NCBI GenBank assembly: GCA_044222185.1
Contig: JBGANV010000001.1
Span: 704,001 to 768,000 of the forward strand
Origin: Planctomycetota bacterium
GTDB taxonomy: Bacteria; Planctomycetota; GCA-002687715; CAIWVZ01
Length of the DNA: 64,000 bases
Reading direction: 5' to 3'
Position numbers and translations under genes: made by a program. Below the pieces are notes generated by a model. It was not told the DNA's origin, did no database searches, and saw only the letters and a list, made by a program, of their open reading frames with translations. The stretch's first letter is position 1. Each line of letters starts with the position of its first letter. Shown piece after piece: positions 1-9,208 of the stretch.

Positions 1-1644
1 CTGGATGATCAGTCCCGGTCGCACGACGGGCGGAGTCTTCGTCCAGGCGACGAGGACGAGCCCTCGGACCGTGCGGACTTCGCTTCCACCCGTCTTTGGC
101 GGCCACAGCGGCAGCACGGCCGCGAGGCACTCGGAATGATCCCCGAGCGCGGCCTGGACGAGGTCGGAGAACGTTCCGACGAGGTCGCGCGCGACCGGCT
201 CCCGCGTCACGGGGTGATGGTGGTCGTCGGCGTCGACGATCAGGCGCGACGCGGTCTTTCGGCCCTCTCGCCGCTGTTCGACGAGGACGACGCGGACACC
301 CGGGGATTCCCGGAAGACGGTCATCATCCGTCCGACGCCACGTGCCTCGACCGTGAAGTTGGCGCGGGGCTCGTTGCGGCGCCAGACTCGCGCTTCGCGA
401 TCCACCTCGTCGGGCGAGATGATCAAGGCGGCATCCGCGTGCAGGTGGCCCGCGAGGTACCGGAGCCGCTCGTCGAGCGCGGTTTCGCGGGGGATCATGG
501 GCATGGTCGCGAGTCGGTGCGTGCCCGATCGTCCCTCGATGGCGTCTTCGATCGCCTCGTGCGCGAGGCTGTCATTCAACACCCGCTCGATGAGTGGGAT
601 CATGCGCCACAACGATGGCGTCGACGGAGGCATCTCGGCTGCAGCGAACGAGAGGATGCCAGCGAGTTTGCGCGCGGAGAACAGCGGCACGGAGAGGGCG
701 AACTTCGCGCCATCGAGCCGTGGGACGAGACGCCGCCAGCGTTCGCCGTCGTCGGGCTTGACGACCACGCTCGTGAGGGTCCGCGAAACATAGGTTGCAA
801 GGGGACGGAAGACGTCCTGGCCGGTCGTGTCGGGTCCGTCACCGATTCGCCCGAACGCATGGATGAGGGCCGGTTCCGGTCGTTCAGGACGCCATTCGTA
901 CGGCACGTGCCACGTGACGACCGCTCCCCGCGTCGGAAGCCCGCAGCAGTCGATCACGAAATGGGAGAGCTGCTCGAACGCCTTGCGTACGGCCTCGTGG
1001 CGCGCGGGGCGTGCGGCGGCGAGGTTCGCGTCCTGTGCGAGGTTCAGCGCGATCTGGTCGAGCCGGCGGAACTTGGCGGCGGTCGCCCGAGGGTTCAGCA
1101 GTTTCAGCAGGGGCTCGTGCGTCGTGATGGCGCGCCGCTCGCGTTCGAGCAGCTTGCGCGTCTCGTCCGCGAGGGCCGCGAGATCGGGCTCGGTTCGCGC
1201 CTCGGTGTAGCTGAGGAACACCTCGAGGAGCGTGGGCATCAGCACGATGCGGCTGATCTTCTCGAAGCCCTTCGTGCGGACGGAGAGCCGGATGAGCGAT
1301 CGGACGCGGTGGACGCGGGCGAAGCGGCTCTCCTCCCAGTCCTTCGCGTGGGTCACGTCGGGGATCAGCTTGGTCGGCAGTTCGTCGGTTGCCGAAAAGA
1401 GCGTGATCGAATGAGGCGCCAGCGGACCGCGCATGTGCGGGGCGTAACGGGGATCGATGTTCCGGGTTGCGAGGATCTGATAGCTGCTGCGGACGAAGGG
1501 AGAGCCCGGTTCGGAGAGGTAGATCGTGATGACGTCCGCGCGCGAGACCTCGGCGATCGTGTCGAGGAGTCGCGTGGGGAAGAGGGCGCCGTCGCGGCGA
1601 CTGCGCCTCGGCACGCCCGAGCCGTCATCGGGGGCGGGGGTCAC
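1..1644 (-). CDS. Large probable sensor protein with GAF-like segments; runs off the left window edge (partial)
   Basis: Not in the ORF track because it has no stop in the window. Hand translation from GTG at 1644 is open to base 1 (MTPAPDDGSGVPRRSRRDGALFPTRLLDTIAEVSRADVITIYL...FALSVPLFSARKLAGILSF...CLAAVLPLWPP...RGLVLVAW). The xSVPL..GILxF segments are GAF-like. It starts 2 nt after the receiver gene stop. The + strand ORF 136..1794 is its antisense shadow. Confidence 0.65.
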   Translation of the reverse strand, partial: MTPAPDDGSGVPRRSRRDGALFPTRLLDTIAEVSRADVITIYLSEPGSPFVRSSYQILATRNIDPRYAPHMRGPLAPHSITLFSATDELPTKLIPDVTHAKDWEESRFARVHRVRSLIRLSVRTKGFEKISRIVLMPTLLEVFLSYTEARTEPDLAALADETRKLLERERRAITTHEPLLKLLNPRATAAKFRRLDQIALNLAQDANLAAARPARHEAVRKAFEQLSHFVIDCCGLPTRGAVVTWHVPYEWRPERPEPALIHAFGRIGDGPDTTGQDVFRPLATYVSRTLTSVVVKPDDGERWRRLVPRLDGAKFALSVPLFSARKLAGILSFAAAEMPPSTPSLWRMIPLIERVLNDSLAHEAIEDAIEGRSGTHRLATMPMIPRETALDERLRYLAGHLHADAALIISPDEVDREARVWRRNEPRANFTVEARGVGRMMTVFRESPGVRVVLVEQRREGRKTASRLIVDADDHHHPVTREPVARDLVGTFSDLVQAALGDHSECLAAVLPLWPPKTGGSEVRTVRGLVLVAWTKTPPVVRPGLIIQ

Positions 1645-1646
1645 GT

Positions 1647-2147
1647 TCAGCGGCCCTGTGCCGCCGCTGCCGTGAGTTCGTCGAGTACCCGCTTGGCGAG
1701 TTCGGAAACGTCGCCGCCTCGCGAGAAGAACTCGGATCGGAGCTTCAGGTCGGCCAGTGCCGTCCGCAGCTCCGGCAGCGGAACGGCGCCGTAGTCGACG
1801 CACACCGAGCACACGGCGATGCAACGGACCCCGCGTGGCTTGGGTACCCGCGGTCCGTGGGACCCGAACAGGTTTCGGGCCACGAGCTGCTTCAGGAGTC
1901 CGAGACCGGCCGACTTCAGGGGGTCGTGGTCGACGCCGTCGATCAAGAGATCGGTGACCATCCAATCGAACCATGTCTCCTGACGGTCGAGTTGGTCCAG
2001 GATCTGAGTTGGTGATCGGCGCAGGTCGAACTTCGTGACGTCGATCGTGAGCCCACGACGCTTCGCCTCGTCGATGAACAGTCGCTGCTGATAGTCGAGC
2101 GAGCTCGGGCGGTCTTGCACGAGGAGGATGCGGGGAGCGGGAGTCAT
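1647..2147 (-). CDS. Atypical stand-alone response-regulator receiver (REC)-like protein
   Basis: RILLVQD (beta1), WMVTDLL (phosphoacceptor Asp position), AGLGLLKQL helix, IAVCS (beta4), FFSR (Arg where Lys is usual). GAAGGA RBS upstream. Confidence 0.65.
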   Translation of the reverse strand: MTPAPRILLVQDRPSSLDYQQRLFIDEAKRRGLTIDVTKFDLRRSPTQILDQLDRQETWFDWMVTDLLIDGVDHDPLKSAGLGLLKQLVARNLFGSHGPRVPKPRGVRCIAVCSVCVDYGAVPLPELRTALADLKLRSEFFSRGGDVSELAKRVLDELTAAAAQGR

Positions 2148-2287
2148 TGGGATCCTTCGGAACGAGGGAAACTCGGTCGGCCTGCGCTTCCGGTTGCGCC
2201 TGAAACGGCAACGGCGCCCGAGCCCGGAAAGGCCCGCATTCTATTCCGCCGGGGGACGCCCCGCGACCCGGCCGCCGCGCCGGGCGG

Positions 2288-2350
2288 GGAGCGCCAGTCC
2301 TCCACCGTCCCGGCGGGGACTGGCCGGATCGCCGCGCGTCCCGCGCGGTC
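2288..2350. repeat. Intergenic 63-bp hairpin repeat, copy 1 (REP/MITE-like)
   Basis: 55/63 identical to 7411..7473. Contains the stem GCCAGTCC...GGACTGGC. Confidence 0.75.
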
Positions 2351-2499
2351 GAACTGGGGCGGATTTGTGCCCGGTGCGAGATCACGGGCGCGGGTCTGAT
2401 CCTCGCGAGTCCCCCCGCACGTCGAAGTCGGCCGGACCGGTCGTCCTCGCTTCGCTGCGGTCGAGTGGCGCTCCGACTTTCGACCGCGCGGGGTTGGAA

Positions 2500-3597
2500 C
2501 TACCTCGGTTCGAAGTTCAGCGCCGTCTTCACGGCTGCGTCGAGCGCGCGGGGATCGAGCGTCCCGTGGTGCTGGTCGATGCGGAACCCGAAGTCCTGAC
2601 CGGATGCGCGGGTCAGCGCTTCGAGCGCCTGCGCGCGGACGACCCTCTCCGGGTCTTGCAGCCCGAGCTTCAGGGCCTTCTGCGCTGCCGTGGTCCCGAT
2701 GATCCCGAGCGCGACGCAAGCGCTGCTGCGGATCTGGATTTCCTTGTCTGCGAGAAGCGGCGAAACGTGGTCGAGCGCCTTCTCGCCGCCCAGGCGCGCG
2801 ACCGCCTCGATCGCCAACGTGCGCACCATCCACGGCTCGCTCGCCGCAAGCAGCGGCACGACGAGAGGGAACGAGCTGGCATCTCTCGCCAGCGCCAACC
2901 CCTCGGCGCACCGCGCGCGAATCCATGGCCGTTCGTTCTTCAACCCGCCGACGAGATGGACGTGCGCTTCGGGCACTCCGATCATTCCGATGGCGCGCGC
3001 GGCCTCGCCACGGATGTCGTCGGCGACGGTTTCATCCGTGAGGATGCGCTGGAGGACCGGCATCCCGGCGTCGTCGGCGATGGCTCCGAGCGCTTCACAT
3101 CCGAGCTTGCGGAGCCCATCGTTCTCGCCGACCCGTCCGGTCCATCGCGAAAGGAGCGGAATGCACCGCACGTCGCGGAGCCGCTTGAACGCTTCGACGA
3201 CCGCCTTCTTGACTTCCGTGTGCTCGCCGTCCTTCGTCTCGAGCAACGCCTCGATTCCAGGCTCGTCGCCGAACTGCCCGAGCGCCGCCGCAGCCAGCGC
3301 TCGGACGTGGATCGATGGATCGGACATGAGATGGACGGCGCTCGGTGCGAACCGGGTCGCGCCGCGAACGCGCGCCATGTGGAGGCCGATGCCGCGCAAC
3401 GCGAACGAGGAGTCGTCGAGCATCAGCAGCACGACGCCCTCGAAGATCGACTCGGGAAGGTTCGCGATCAGGTGAAGGAGCTTGTGCCGCCAGACGGAGG
3501 CCGACGCCTTGTCGTGGTACCAGGGCAGGTTCCAGTTTTGTTCGAAGAAATCGCGGAAGCCGCGGGCTTCCTCAACGATTTCAAACGCCGTCGGCAT
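2500..3597 (-). CDS. HEAT/PBS-lyase repeat protein
   Basis: Many repeats of the type VRALAAAALG, IRGEAARAIG, IRARCAEGLA, IRSSACVALG, VRAQALEAL. GGAG RBS. Confidence 0.85.
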   Translation of the reverse strand: MPTAFEIVEEARGFRDFFEQNWNLPWYHDKASASVWRHKLLHLIANLPESIFEGVVLLMLDDSSFALRGIGLHMARVRGATRFAPSAVHLMSDPSIHVRALAAAALGQFGDEPGIEALLETKDGEHTEVKKAVVEAFKRLRDVRCIPLLSRWTGRVGENDGLRKLGCEALGAIADDAGMPVLQRILTDETVADDIRGEAARAIGMIGVPEAHVHLVGGLKNERPWIRARCAEGLALARDASSFPLVVPLLAASEPWMVRTLAIEAVARLGGEKALDHVSPLLADKEIQIRSSACVALGIIGTTAAQKALKLGLQDPERVVRAQALEALTRASGQDFGFRIDQHHGTLDPRALDAAVKTALNFEPR

Positions 3598-3620
3598 GGG
3601 TGATACGCTCCGAGGCGGGG

Positions 3621-3649
3621 ATTGTCGGGCACCGCCGGTCGACCGTCAA
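3621..3649 (-). promoter_or_regulatory. Sigma70-type promoter of the HEAT gene
   Basis: Minus strand TTGACG-17 nt-GACAAT, 23 nt upstream of the ATG at 3597. Confidence 0.55.
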
Positions 3650-3692
3650 TACGAGTTCTTGGTTCGCCCGGGTCAAAAAAAGCCGGCCTTCA

Positions 3693-4904
3693 TCAGCTGC
3701 TCCCGCTGCCACATTCGAGGAGGAGCGAACGTGCGAAGGACACCTCGGCGGCGAGCTGGGCCTCGATCGAGGGGTCGCGGACGTCCGCCGGGAGGACATC
3801 GAACGTGTAGGTCTCCACCTCGAAATGTGACGTGAGTCCACGCCGTCGTGCGTGCGTGGCCGCGGCGATCAGGTCGCTGCGCGTCGAGGCAAGCGGCCCG
3901 GATGGGTCACGATCGATCGGCACGTGGAAGTGGCAGCGCGCCTGGCCACTCGCCGGCAGCACTCCTCCATCACGAGCCTCCGCCAGCCCGGGGAGGTCGT
4001 CAAAGGCGCGAAACCGGCCGTCTTCCCCCCGGACGACGACCTGGTGCAGAAACCTCGGCTCGTTCCAGCGGAGCAGGGCGTCCAGCTCCGCCGCCGAGGT
4101 GAAATCGAGGTGGAGGGCGCTCGAAAGCTGCATCTTCCCGATGGCGATCCCCGCGGCGGCGAGCGCATCCAGCGAGGCCAGGGGATCCTCGAAGAGGACC
4201 GCCTGATGGCAGGTGTCGTAGCAGACCGCCAGATGGCGACGCACCGCATCCGGGGCCCGCGGGCCGAACGTCCGCCGTGCCTGTTCGGCGAAGGGCCAGA
4301 GGGTGTCCTGGAAGAAATCGACCGCCTGGCGTGTGGACTGCAGCCGGCACCCGGGCTCGGGTTCGAGGCAGACGATGATCGTCTTGCCGGTGTCCTCTTC
4401 CAGTCGCGAGAGCTCGAGCGCAAGCGCGACGAGCTGACGCGCCGCGACATCATCGCGGTCGTCGACGTCGCCCCTCCAGCCCACCGGAACCGTAGATACC
4501 GTTCCAACCGTCGTGTCGTCTCCGAGCCAGTCGGCGAGGATACATGCCGCGTCGATCGTGTAGCGCAGCCGTTCGGGCTCGGTCCAGTTTGGGCGGTACA
4601 CGTTCGTCTTCACGCGCTCGGCGTGGAACGGCGCCTGGGGGAATGCGTTGAACGTGAACGGGAGCAGCCCGCTGGCCTTCATCTCGTCGGCGAGCTTCGC
4701 CACGAGGGAGGAGTCGAACGCCGCGGCGCGAACGCCGTCGTCGCCCAATCGGATCCCCACGCCGAGTGGATTCTCGCCGAGGCGCCGTGCGATGGAACCA
4801 GCGATTCCGATGGCCCGTCGAAACTCCGCCACGGTCTCCGTCGCATGGACGTTCAGGCAGTAGCCGAGCGTGGCCGGACCATGACCGATGTCTGGAAGGC
4901 GCAT
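3693..4904 (-). CDS. eboE: Metabolite traffic protein EboE (xylose-isomerase-like TIM barrel)
   Basis: LGYCLNVH, FTFNAFP..FH...VK..VY.P.W, LEPEPGC, CYDTCHQAV, KMQLSSAL, EPRFLHQV, RCHFHVP, HFEVETYTFDVLP. Start moved to ATG 4904, which has TACCAT 5 nt upstream. Confidence 0.85.
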   Translation of the reverse strand: MRLPDIGHGPATLGYCLNVHATETVAEFRRAIGIAGSIARRLGENPLGVGIRLGDDGVRAAAFDSSLVAKLADEMKASGLLPFTFNAFPQAPFHAERVKTNVYRPNWTEPERLRYTIDAACILADWLGDDTTVGTVSTVPVGWRGDVDDRDDVAARQLVALALELSRLEEDTGKTIIVCLEPEPGCRLQSTRQAVDFFQDTLWPFAEQARRTFGPRAPDAVRRHLAVCYDTCHQAVLFEDPLASLDALAAAGIAIGKMQLSSALHLDFTSAAELDALLRWNEPRFLHQVVVRGEDGRFRAFDDLPGLAEARDGGVLPASGQARCHFHVPIDRDPSGPLASTRSDLIAAATHARRRGLTSHFEVETYTFDVLPADVRDPSIEAQLAAEVSFARSLLLECGSGSS

Positions 4905-5025
4905 GGGGGATGGTACCGGGGGACTCGTCCCGGCCACGCACGCGTCCCCGCTGCGACCCGGTCCGGGTTGTTGACGAGGCTGGCGGGTCGGTGCATTCTG
5001 GCCGCGATCCATCGAGGAAACCGCC

Positions 5026-6255
5026 ATGAAGTCGCTTCCCATCGCCGCACTCGTCATCGCCACATCGTCGCTCGGTCAGACGTTCAGTTATCCCGGGTTC
5101 ACCAGCATCGCAGGCCTCACACTCAACAACCACGCGGTTCAATCGGGCAACCTGCTTCGCGTCACTCCTTCGCTCATCTCGCAGCGCGGGACCGTCTGGT
5201 ACAACACGCCCGTCAACGTCGTTTCCGGATTCGAGACGACGTTTCGGTTCCAGTTCAGCGCGTTCAGCAGCGGTGGGGCCGATGGCCTGGCGTTCGTCAT
5301 CCAGTTCGATCCACGAACCACTGCGGCGCTCGGAAATCACGCCAGCGCGATGGGGTACGGCGCCTTCGTCGGGGTGACCGGCGTCGCGATCGCGAACTCG
5401 CTCGCGATCGAGCTCGACACCTTCCAGGGGACGTTCAACGGCGTCGCCGATCTCAGCGGAAACGAGGTGTCCGTTCACACGAACGGACCGCTCGAGAACG
5501 GCCAGTACGAGGGGTACTCCATCGGCCGGGCGAATGCTCCGATCAACCTGAGTGACGGTGCCGCGCACGACGTGCGCATCCGATTCACCGGCGGTCGGCT
5601 GAAAGTGTTCTTCGATGCGATCACGACAGCGACCATCGACGTTCCCTACGACTTCCTCGCCGGCGGAACGCACGTTCTCACGAGCACGCCCGTGCCGGGG
5701 CTCGCCCTGATCAACAACGCGCAGGCCTACGTGGGCTTCACCGCATCGACGGGCGGCTCCTGGGAAAACCACGACGTGCTGAACTGGTCGTGGACGTCGT
5801 TCGAGGATTGTCTGTCGGGCACGGCGGGACCCGGCGGAGCGACGGCGGAGGTGGTGCAGATCAGCGGCAACGGCGGCGGACCGGCTCGCGCGGTTGCCCT
5901 GGCCCTCAACCAGCCGTTCTCCCTCGACATCCTCGTCCCGCCGGGGAATCCGGCGCCGTCGGCCAATTTCATCCTGTTCGCGGACTTCGCGCTGCCGGCC
6001 GTCGGCGGGGGTTTTGCTCTGCCCTTCGGCTCGCTGTGTTTCACCCCGCCACTACCGGGACTGACATCGACGGCGATCACTCTGTGCGACACGTTCAATC
6101 TGGGGCTGGGCCCGCTTCTGCCCGCGGCGCCCGCCCCGTTCAGTCTGCCGTTCCCCGGTGGCATTCCCGTTCCGATCCAGTTCGTGCTTCAGGGAGCGAT
6201 CGAGACCGGTGGAGGATTCGGCATCACGAACGGGATCGTGATCACGGTGCAGTGA
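5026..6255 (+). CDS. Secreted L-type (legume) lectin-domain protein with C-terminal Pro-rich beta domain
   Basis: Signal peptide. Legume-lectin motifs GFETTFRF, GADGLAFVIQ, LAIELDTF, AYVGFTASTGG..ENHDVLNWSW. GAGGA RBS. Confidence 0.85.
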   Translation: MKSLPIAALVIATSSLGQTFSYPGFTSIAGLTLNNHAVQSGNLLRVTPSLISQRGTVWYNTPVNVVSGFETTFRFQFSAFSSGGADGLAFVIQFDPRTTAALGNHASAMGYGAFVGVTGVAIANSLAIELDTFQGTFNGVADLSGNEVSVHTNGPLENGQYEGYSIGRANAPINLSDGAAHDVRIRFTGGRLKVFFDAITTATIDVPYDFLAGGTHVLTSTPVPGLALINNAQAYVGFTASTGGSWENHDVLNWSWTSFEDCLSGTAGPGGATAEVVQISGNGGGPARAVALALNQPFSLDILVPPGNPAPSANFILFADFALPAVGGGFALPFGSLCFTPPLPGLTSTAITLCDTFNLGLGPLLPAAPAPFSLPFPGGIPVPIQFVLQGAIETGGGFGITNGIVITVQ

Positions 6256-7387
6256 CACTCGACCGGCCGAGGGCGGCGCGCACCTCATGGAGGACGTCGG
6301 CGTCGGCCTCGGCTGCGCTCGTGTGCGCGAGCGCGGCGTGCGCCGCAGCGCCACCGAGTCGTCCGAGGGCCCACGCCGCAGCGCCGCGTACGACTGGCGC
6401 GCGGTGCGAGAGCGCCCGGGTGACGGCCGGGACGAGGCCGCCGTCACCCGAGTTGCCTGCGGCGATGAGTACGTTGCGCAGGAAGCGCGCGTGTCCGATC
6501 CGTGCGATCGTCGACCCGCGGAACGTCGCCGTGAAGTCGGCTTCGCTCGATGCGAGCCACGACTCCAGGGTTCGACCCTGCAAGCCCGCGCGGGGCTGGA
6601 ACGGTTCGCTCGCAGGTCGCTGAGCGAATCGGTTCCACGGGCACACGAGCTGGCAGTCGTCGCACCCGAAGATGCGGTTGCCGATGGCTTCGCGGAATTC
6701 CAGGGGGATCGGGCCTTCGAGCTCGATCGTCAAGTACGAGATGCAGCGCCGAGCGTCGAGCACGTAGGGCGCGACGATGGCGTCCGTCGGGCATGCGGCG
6801 ATACATCGCGTGCAGTGACCGCAGCGATCCTTCGCCAACGATCCCGTTGGCGGCAACTTCGCTCCCAAGAGGATCATCCCGAGAAAGAACCACGATCCGC
6901 GGCCCTGCCGGATGAAATTCGTGTGCTTGCCGATGAACCCGAGCCCCGCCATCACCGCGGCGTGCTTCTCGTTGAAAGGGCCCGCGTCGACGAACGCTCG
7001 CGTGTGGATCGCTGGGAACGCGCCTCGGATCTTCATCTCGACCGCTCGCAGACGCTCGCCCAGCGTCACGTGGTAGTCGTCGATGATGGCGTAGCGGGAG
7101 ATGTTTCCCACCGCCGCGTCCGTCGGGCTGTCGCCGCCGTCCCCGTACTCGGCCGCGACGGCGAGCACGGACTCGACCCGCTTGAACAAGATCTTGGGAT
7201 CACGCCGCCGCGTTGCGTGGTGCGTGAGGTATCGCATCTCACCGTGGAAGCCGCGCTCGAGCCACGCGTCGAGGTGTGGATCCTTCAGGGCCTCCATGGA
7301 CGCGATGCCAGCCAGGTCGAACCCGCCGTCGCGCGCGAGCCCGACGATCCTGTCGGCCGTCGATCGATCGTCGGGTCCGTGGTTCAC
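6242..7387 (-). CDS. queG: Epoxyqueuosine reductase QueG
   Basis: WLERGFHGEM, ISRYA..DYH, GLGFIGKHT, GSWFFLG, CGHCTRCIAACPT, CISYLTIE, IFGCDDCQLVCPWN, C-terminal HEAT repeat. Confidence 0.95.
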   Translation of the reverse strand: MNHGPDDRSTADRIVGLARDGGFDLAGIASMEALKDPHLDAWLERGFHGEMRYLTHHATRRRDPKILFKRVESVLAVAAEYGDGGDSPTDAAVGNISRYAIIDDYHVTLGERLRAVEMKIRGAFPAIHTRAFVDAGPFNEKHAAVMAGLGFIGKHTNFIRQGRGSWFFLGMILLGAKLPPTGSLAKDRCGHCTRCIAACPTDAIVAPYVLDARRCISYLTIELEGPIPLEFREAIGNRIFGCDDCQLVCPWNRFAQRPASEPFQPRAGLQGRTLESWLASSEADFTATFRGSTIARIGHARFLRNVLIAAGNSGDGGLVPAVTRALSHRAPVVRGAAAWALGRLGGAAAHAALAHTSAAEADADVLHEVRAALGRSSVTAP

Positions 7388-7410
7388 GGTGCGATGCTAA
7401 CGACCTCACC

Positions 7411-7473
7411 GGAGCGCCAGTCCTCCGCCGTCTCGGCGGCGCCTGGCCGGATCGCCTCGCGCCGCGTGCGGTC
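7411..7473. repeat. Intergenic 63-bp hairpin repeat, copy 2
   Basis: 55/63 identical to 2288..2350, same orientation. Inner stem CCGCCG-TCT-CGGCGG. Confidence 0.75.
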
Positions 7474-7947
7474 CGGTCGGTGTGAATCGGGGCCGGGCAA
7501 GGGATCACTGGTGCCCCAGATGCTCACCGAGCCCCCCTCCGATCACGGAGACCCGTGGGATCCCTCGTCGCCGTCGCTGCGTCTCATGCCGCACGCCAGG
7601 CTGTGGCCCTCCGTGACCCGCGGCGTCAGGACCTGTGCGTCTCGCCGACAAACCCGCCGATCGTTGATACGCCGTGCGCTCGACGACGACAGGTGGCGTG
7701 ATGGCTGCAACCAAGACGACGGGCGTGCGTCGGGCGGAGCGGGCCACGCGCGTCCCCACATCGGAATCGCGAGCGTCGGGTCGCCTGGCGTCGATCGTCG
7801 CGCCATCGCCCAAGCCACCACCGTCGACTCGCGGAAGAACCCTGCGACCAGCCGCCTCAGGGTGAATGCGGCCGGTGCCGAGTCGGCGTTCAACTCCGAG
7901 CGGCGCCGTGGCCAACCACGCGAAGCGCGACCGGGCGCCGGCGACAT

Positions 7948-9084
7948 TCACCGGGCGGAGCGATGAGCGTCGATGCCCGTCTGGCGTCCGGCCGACCCGA
8001 GGCTTCGCAGGCGTTCGAGCGCGTGTCTCACCTGAACCGGGTCGACGCGAATCGGGACGACCACCTCCTCGCGAGTGTCGGGAACCGTGATCGGATCTCC
8101 GTATGGGAGTGACTCCGACGGCTCAGTCAGGTCGGCGCGTTTTGGACCGACGACGAGCCACGTCAGCCGGATGGTCACGAAGTAGCACCCGGGTGTCATG
8201 TCTGAGAGGACGTCCTGCCACGCGCTGCTGGGCGCGGCGATGCCTCGACGCATCGTGACCGAGGACCGTGGCAAGTGCGGCGCGTCCTGGAACGGCCAGG
8301 AGAACGGCGCGGTTTCGACCGTGGCCACGACCTCCGACCCATCCAGCGTGCTCGGGATCTGCAGATCCGCCGGTGGCGTGAAGCGCACGCGCACGGCGTC
8401 TTCGAGTGTGACGCGCATCCGCGGTCCGACGATCGGCAGCTCTCGGTAGGAGAACCCCGGGGCGATCATGCCGACCATCGTGGACGGCCCATCGGGGCGC
8501 TTCTCGACGATCACCCGACCCGGACTCGTGCACGAAGCCGGTTGAATCCCGCCCAAGTCCGCGCGGATCCACACGGGATCTCGCGGCGCGAACGTGATCG
8601 CGCGGACGTTCGCGATCCCGCGTCCGCCCGAGTCCGTCACCTCGATTGCCAGCAGTGAGCGGGTCGAACGCAAAGCCCCGATCTGTAGCGGCGATCGTGT
8701 GGCCTGCCCGGGGACGTCGAGGTTCCACGAGGCCCCAGGCAAGCCGAGTTCCGGCAGCCACGAGATGCGCCACCGGCTGGGCTCGAGCTCCATCGTCCAC
8801 GCGCCGTCGTCGTCGAGCGCTGCCCGTGTCTCGTGGCGCCGTGGGCGAGACTCGGGGCCTGGCGCCTCGTTGCAGGGGGTGGCGACGACCGATGTCCAGC
8901 CGACCGGGAAACCGGCCGGGACGATGATGCGGCCGCTGACTTTCGTCGACCCCGGGCTCGATCCGACGGGCGAGGCCGAGACGACCGCGCTTGCGACCGG
9001 TCCTGACTCTGCGCGCGCCGACTGCTGAGCGGCGGCGGGAAAAGTCACGACCAGAGCAAGGGCGAACGTCCGCGTCCGAAGCAT
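7948..9084 (-). CDS. Secreted hypothetical protein, paralog P1 (tandem prealbumin/carboxypeptidase-regulatory-like beta domains)
   Basis: Signal peptide AAA|Q. Shares VSGRI..PAGFPV.WT, EVTD..G, APGF...E.P, MTPG.Y and IT.PDTR.EV with P2 and P3. Confidence 0.75.
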   Translation of the reverse strand: MLRTRTFALALVVTFPAAAQQSARAESGPVASAVVSASPVGSSPGSTKVSGRIIVPAGFPVGWTSVVATPCNEAPGPESRPRRHETRAALDDDGAWTMELEPSRWRISWLPELGLPGASWNLDVPGQATRSPLQIGALRSTRSLLAIEVTDSGGRGIANVRAITFAPRDPVWIRADLGGIQPASCTSPGRVIVEKRPDGPSTMVGMIAPGFSYRELPIVGPRMRVTLEDAVRVRFTPPADLQIPSTLDGSEVVATVETAPFSWPFQDAPHLPRSSVTMRRGIAAPSSAWQDVLSDMTPGCYFVTIRLTWLVVGPKRADLTEPSESLPYGDPITVPDTREEVVVPIRVDPVQVRHALERLRSLGSAGRQTGIDAHRSAR

Positions 9085-9208
9085 GGCGCGATCGTAACCC
9101 CGGAGGACCGGTCGTGGCCCGGACGTGGTCGCCCGCTCGTGCGAAATCGGGTGACGGGTTTGCCCGTCGTCGATAGGCTGGGCGCTCCACGACGAGGGGG
9201 CGCGTCAC

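Noticed and set aside
136-1794. 552-aa + strand ORF and the many other long overlapping ORFs (e.g. 2128..3603, 6287..7966, 8123..10111, 18390..20126, 45440..47965, 55144..57066)
   Set aside because: Antisense or off-frame shadows of real genes, expected at high GC; Arg/Gly-rich with no family motifs.
7474-7947. ~470-bp gap with short ORFs on both strands; one + frame has VGSPGVDRRAI, faintly subtilase-like
   Set aside because: No convincing start or motif set in any frame. It could be a decayed gene but I cannot support a call.
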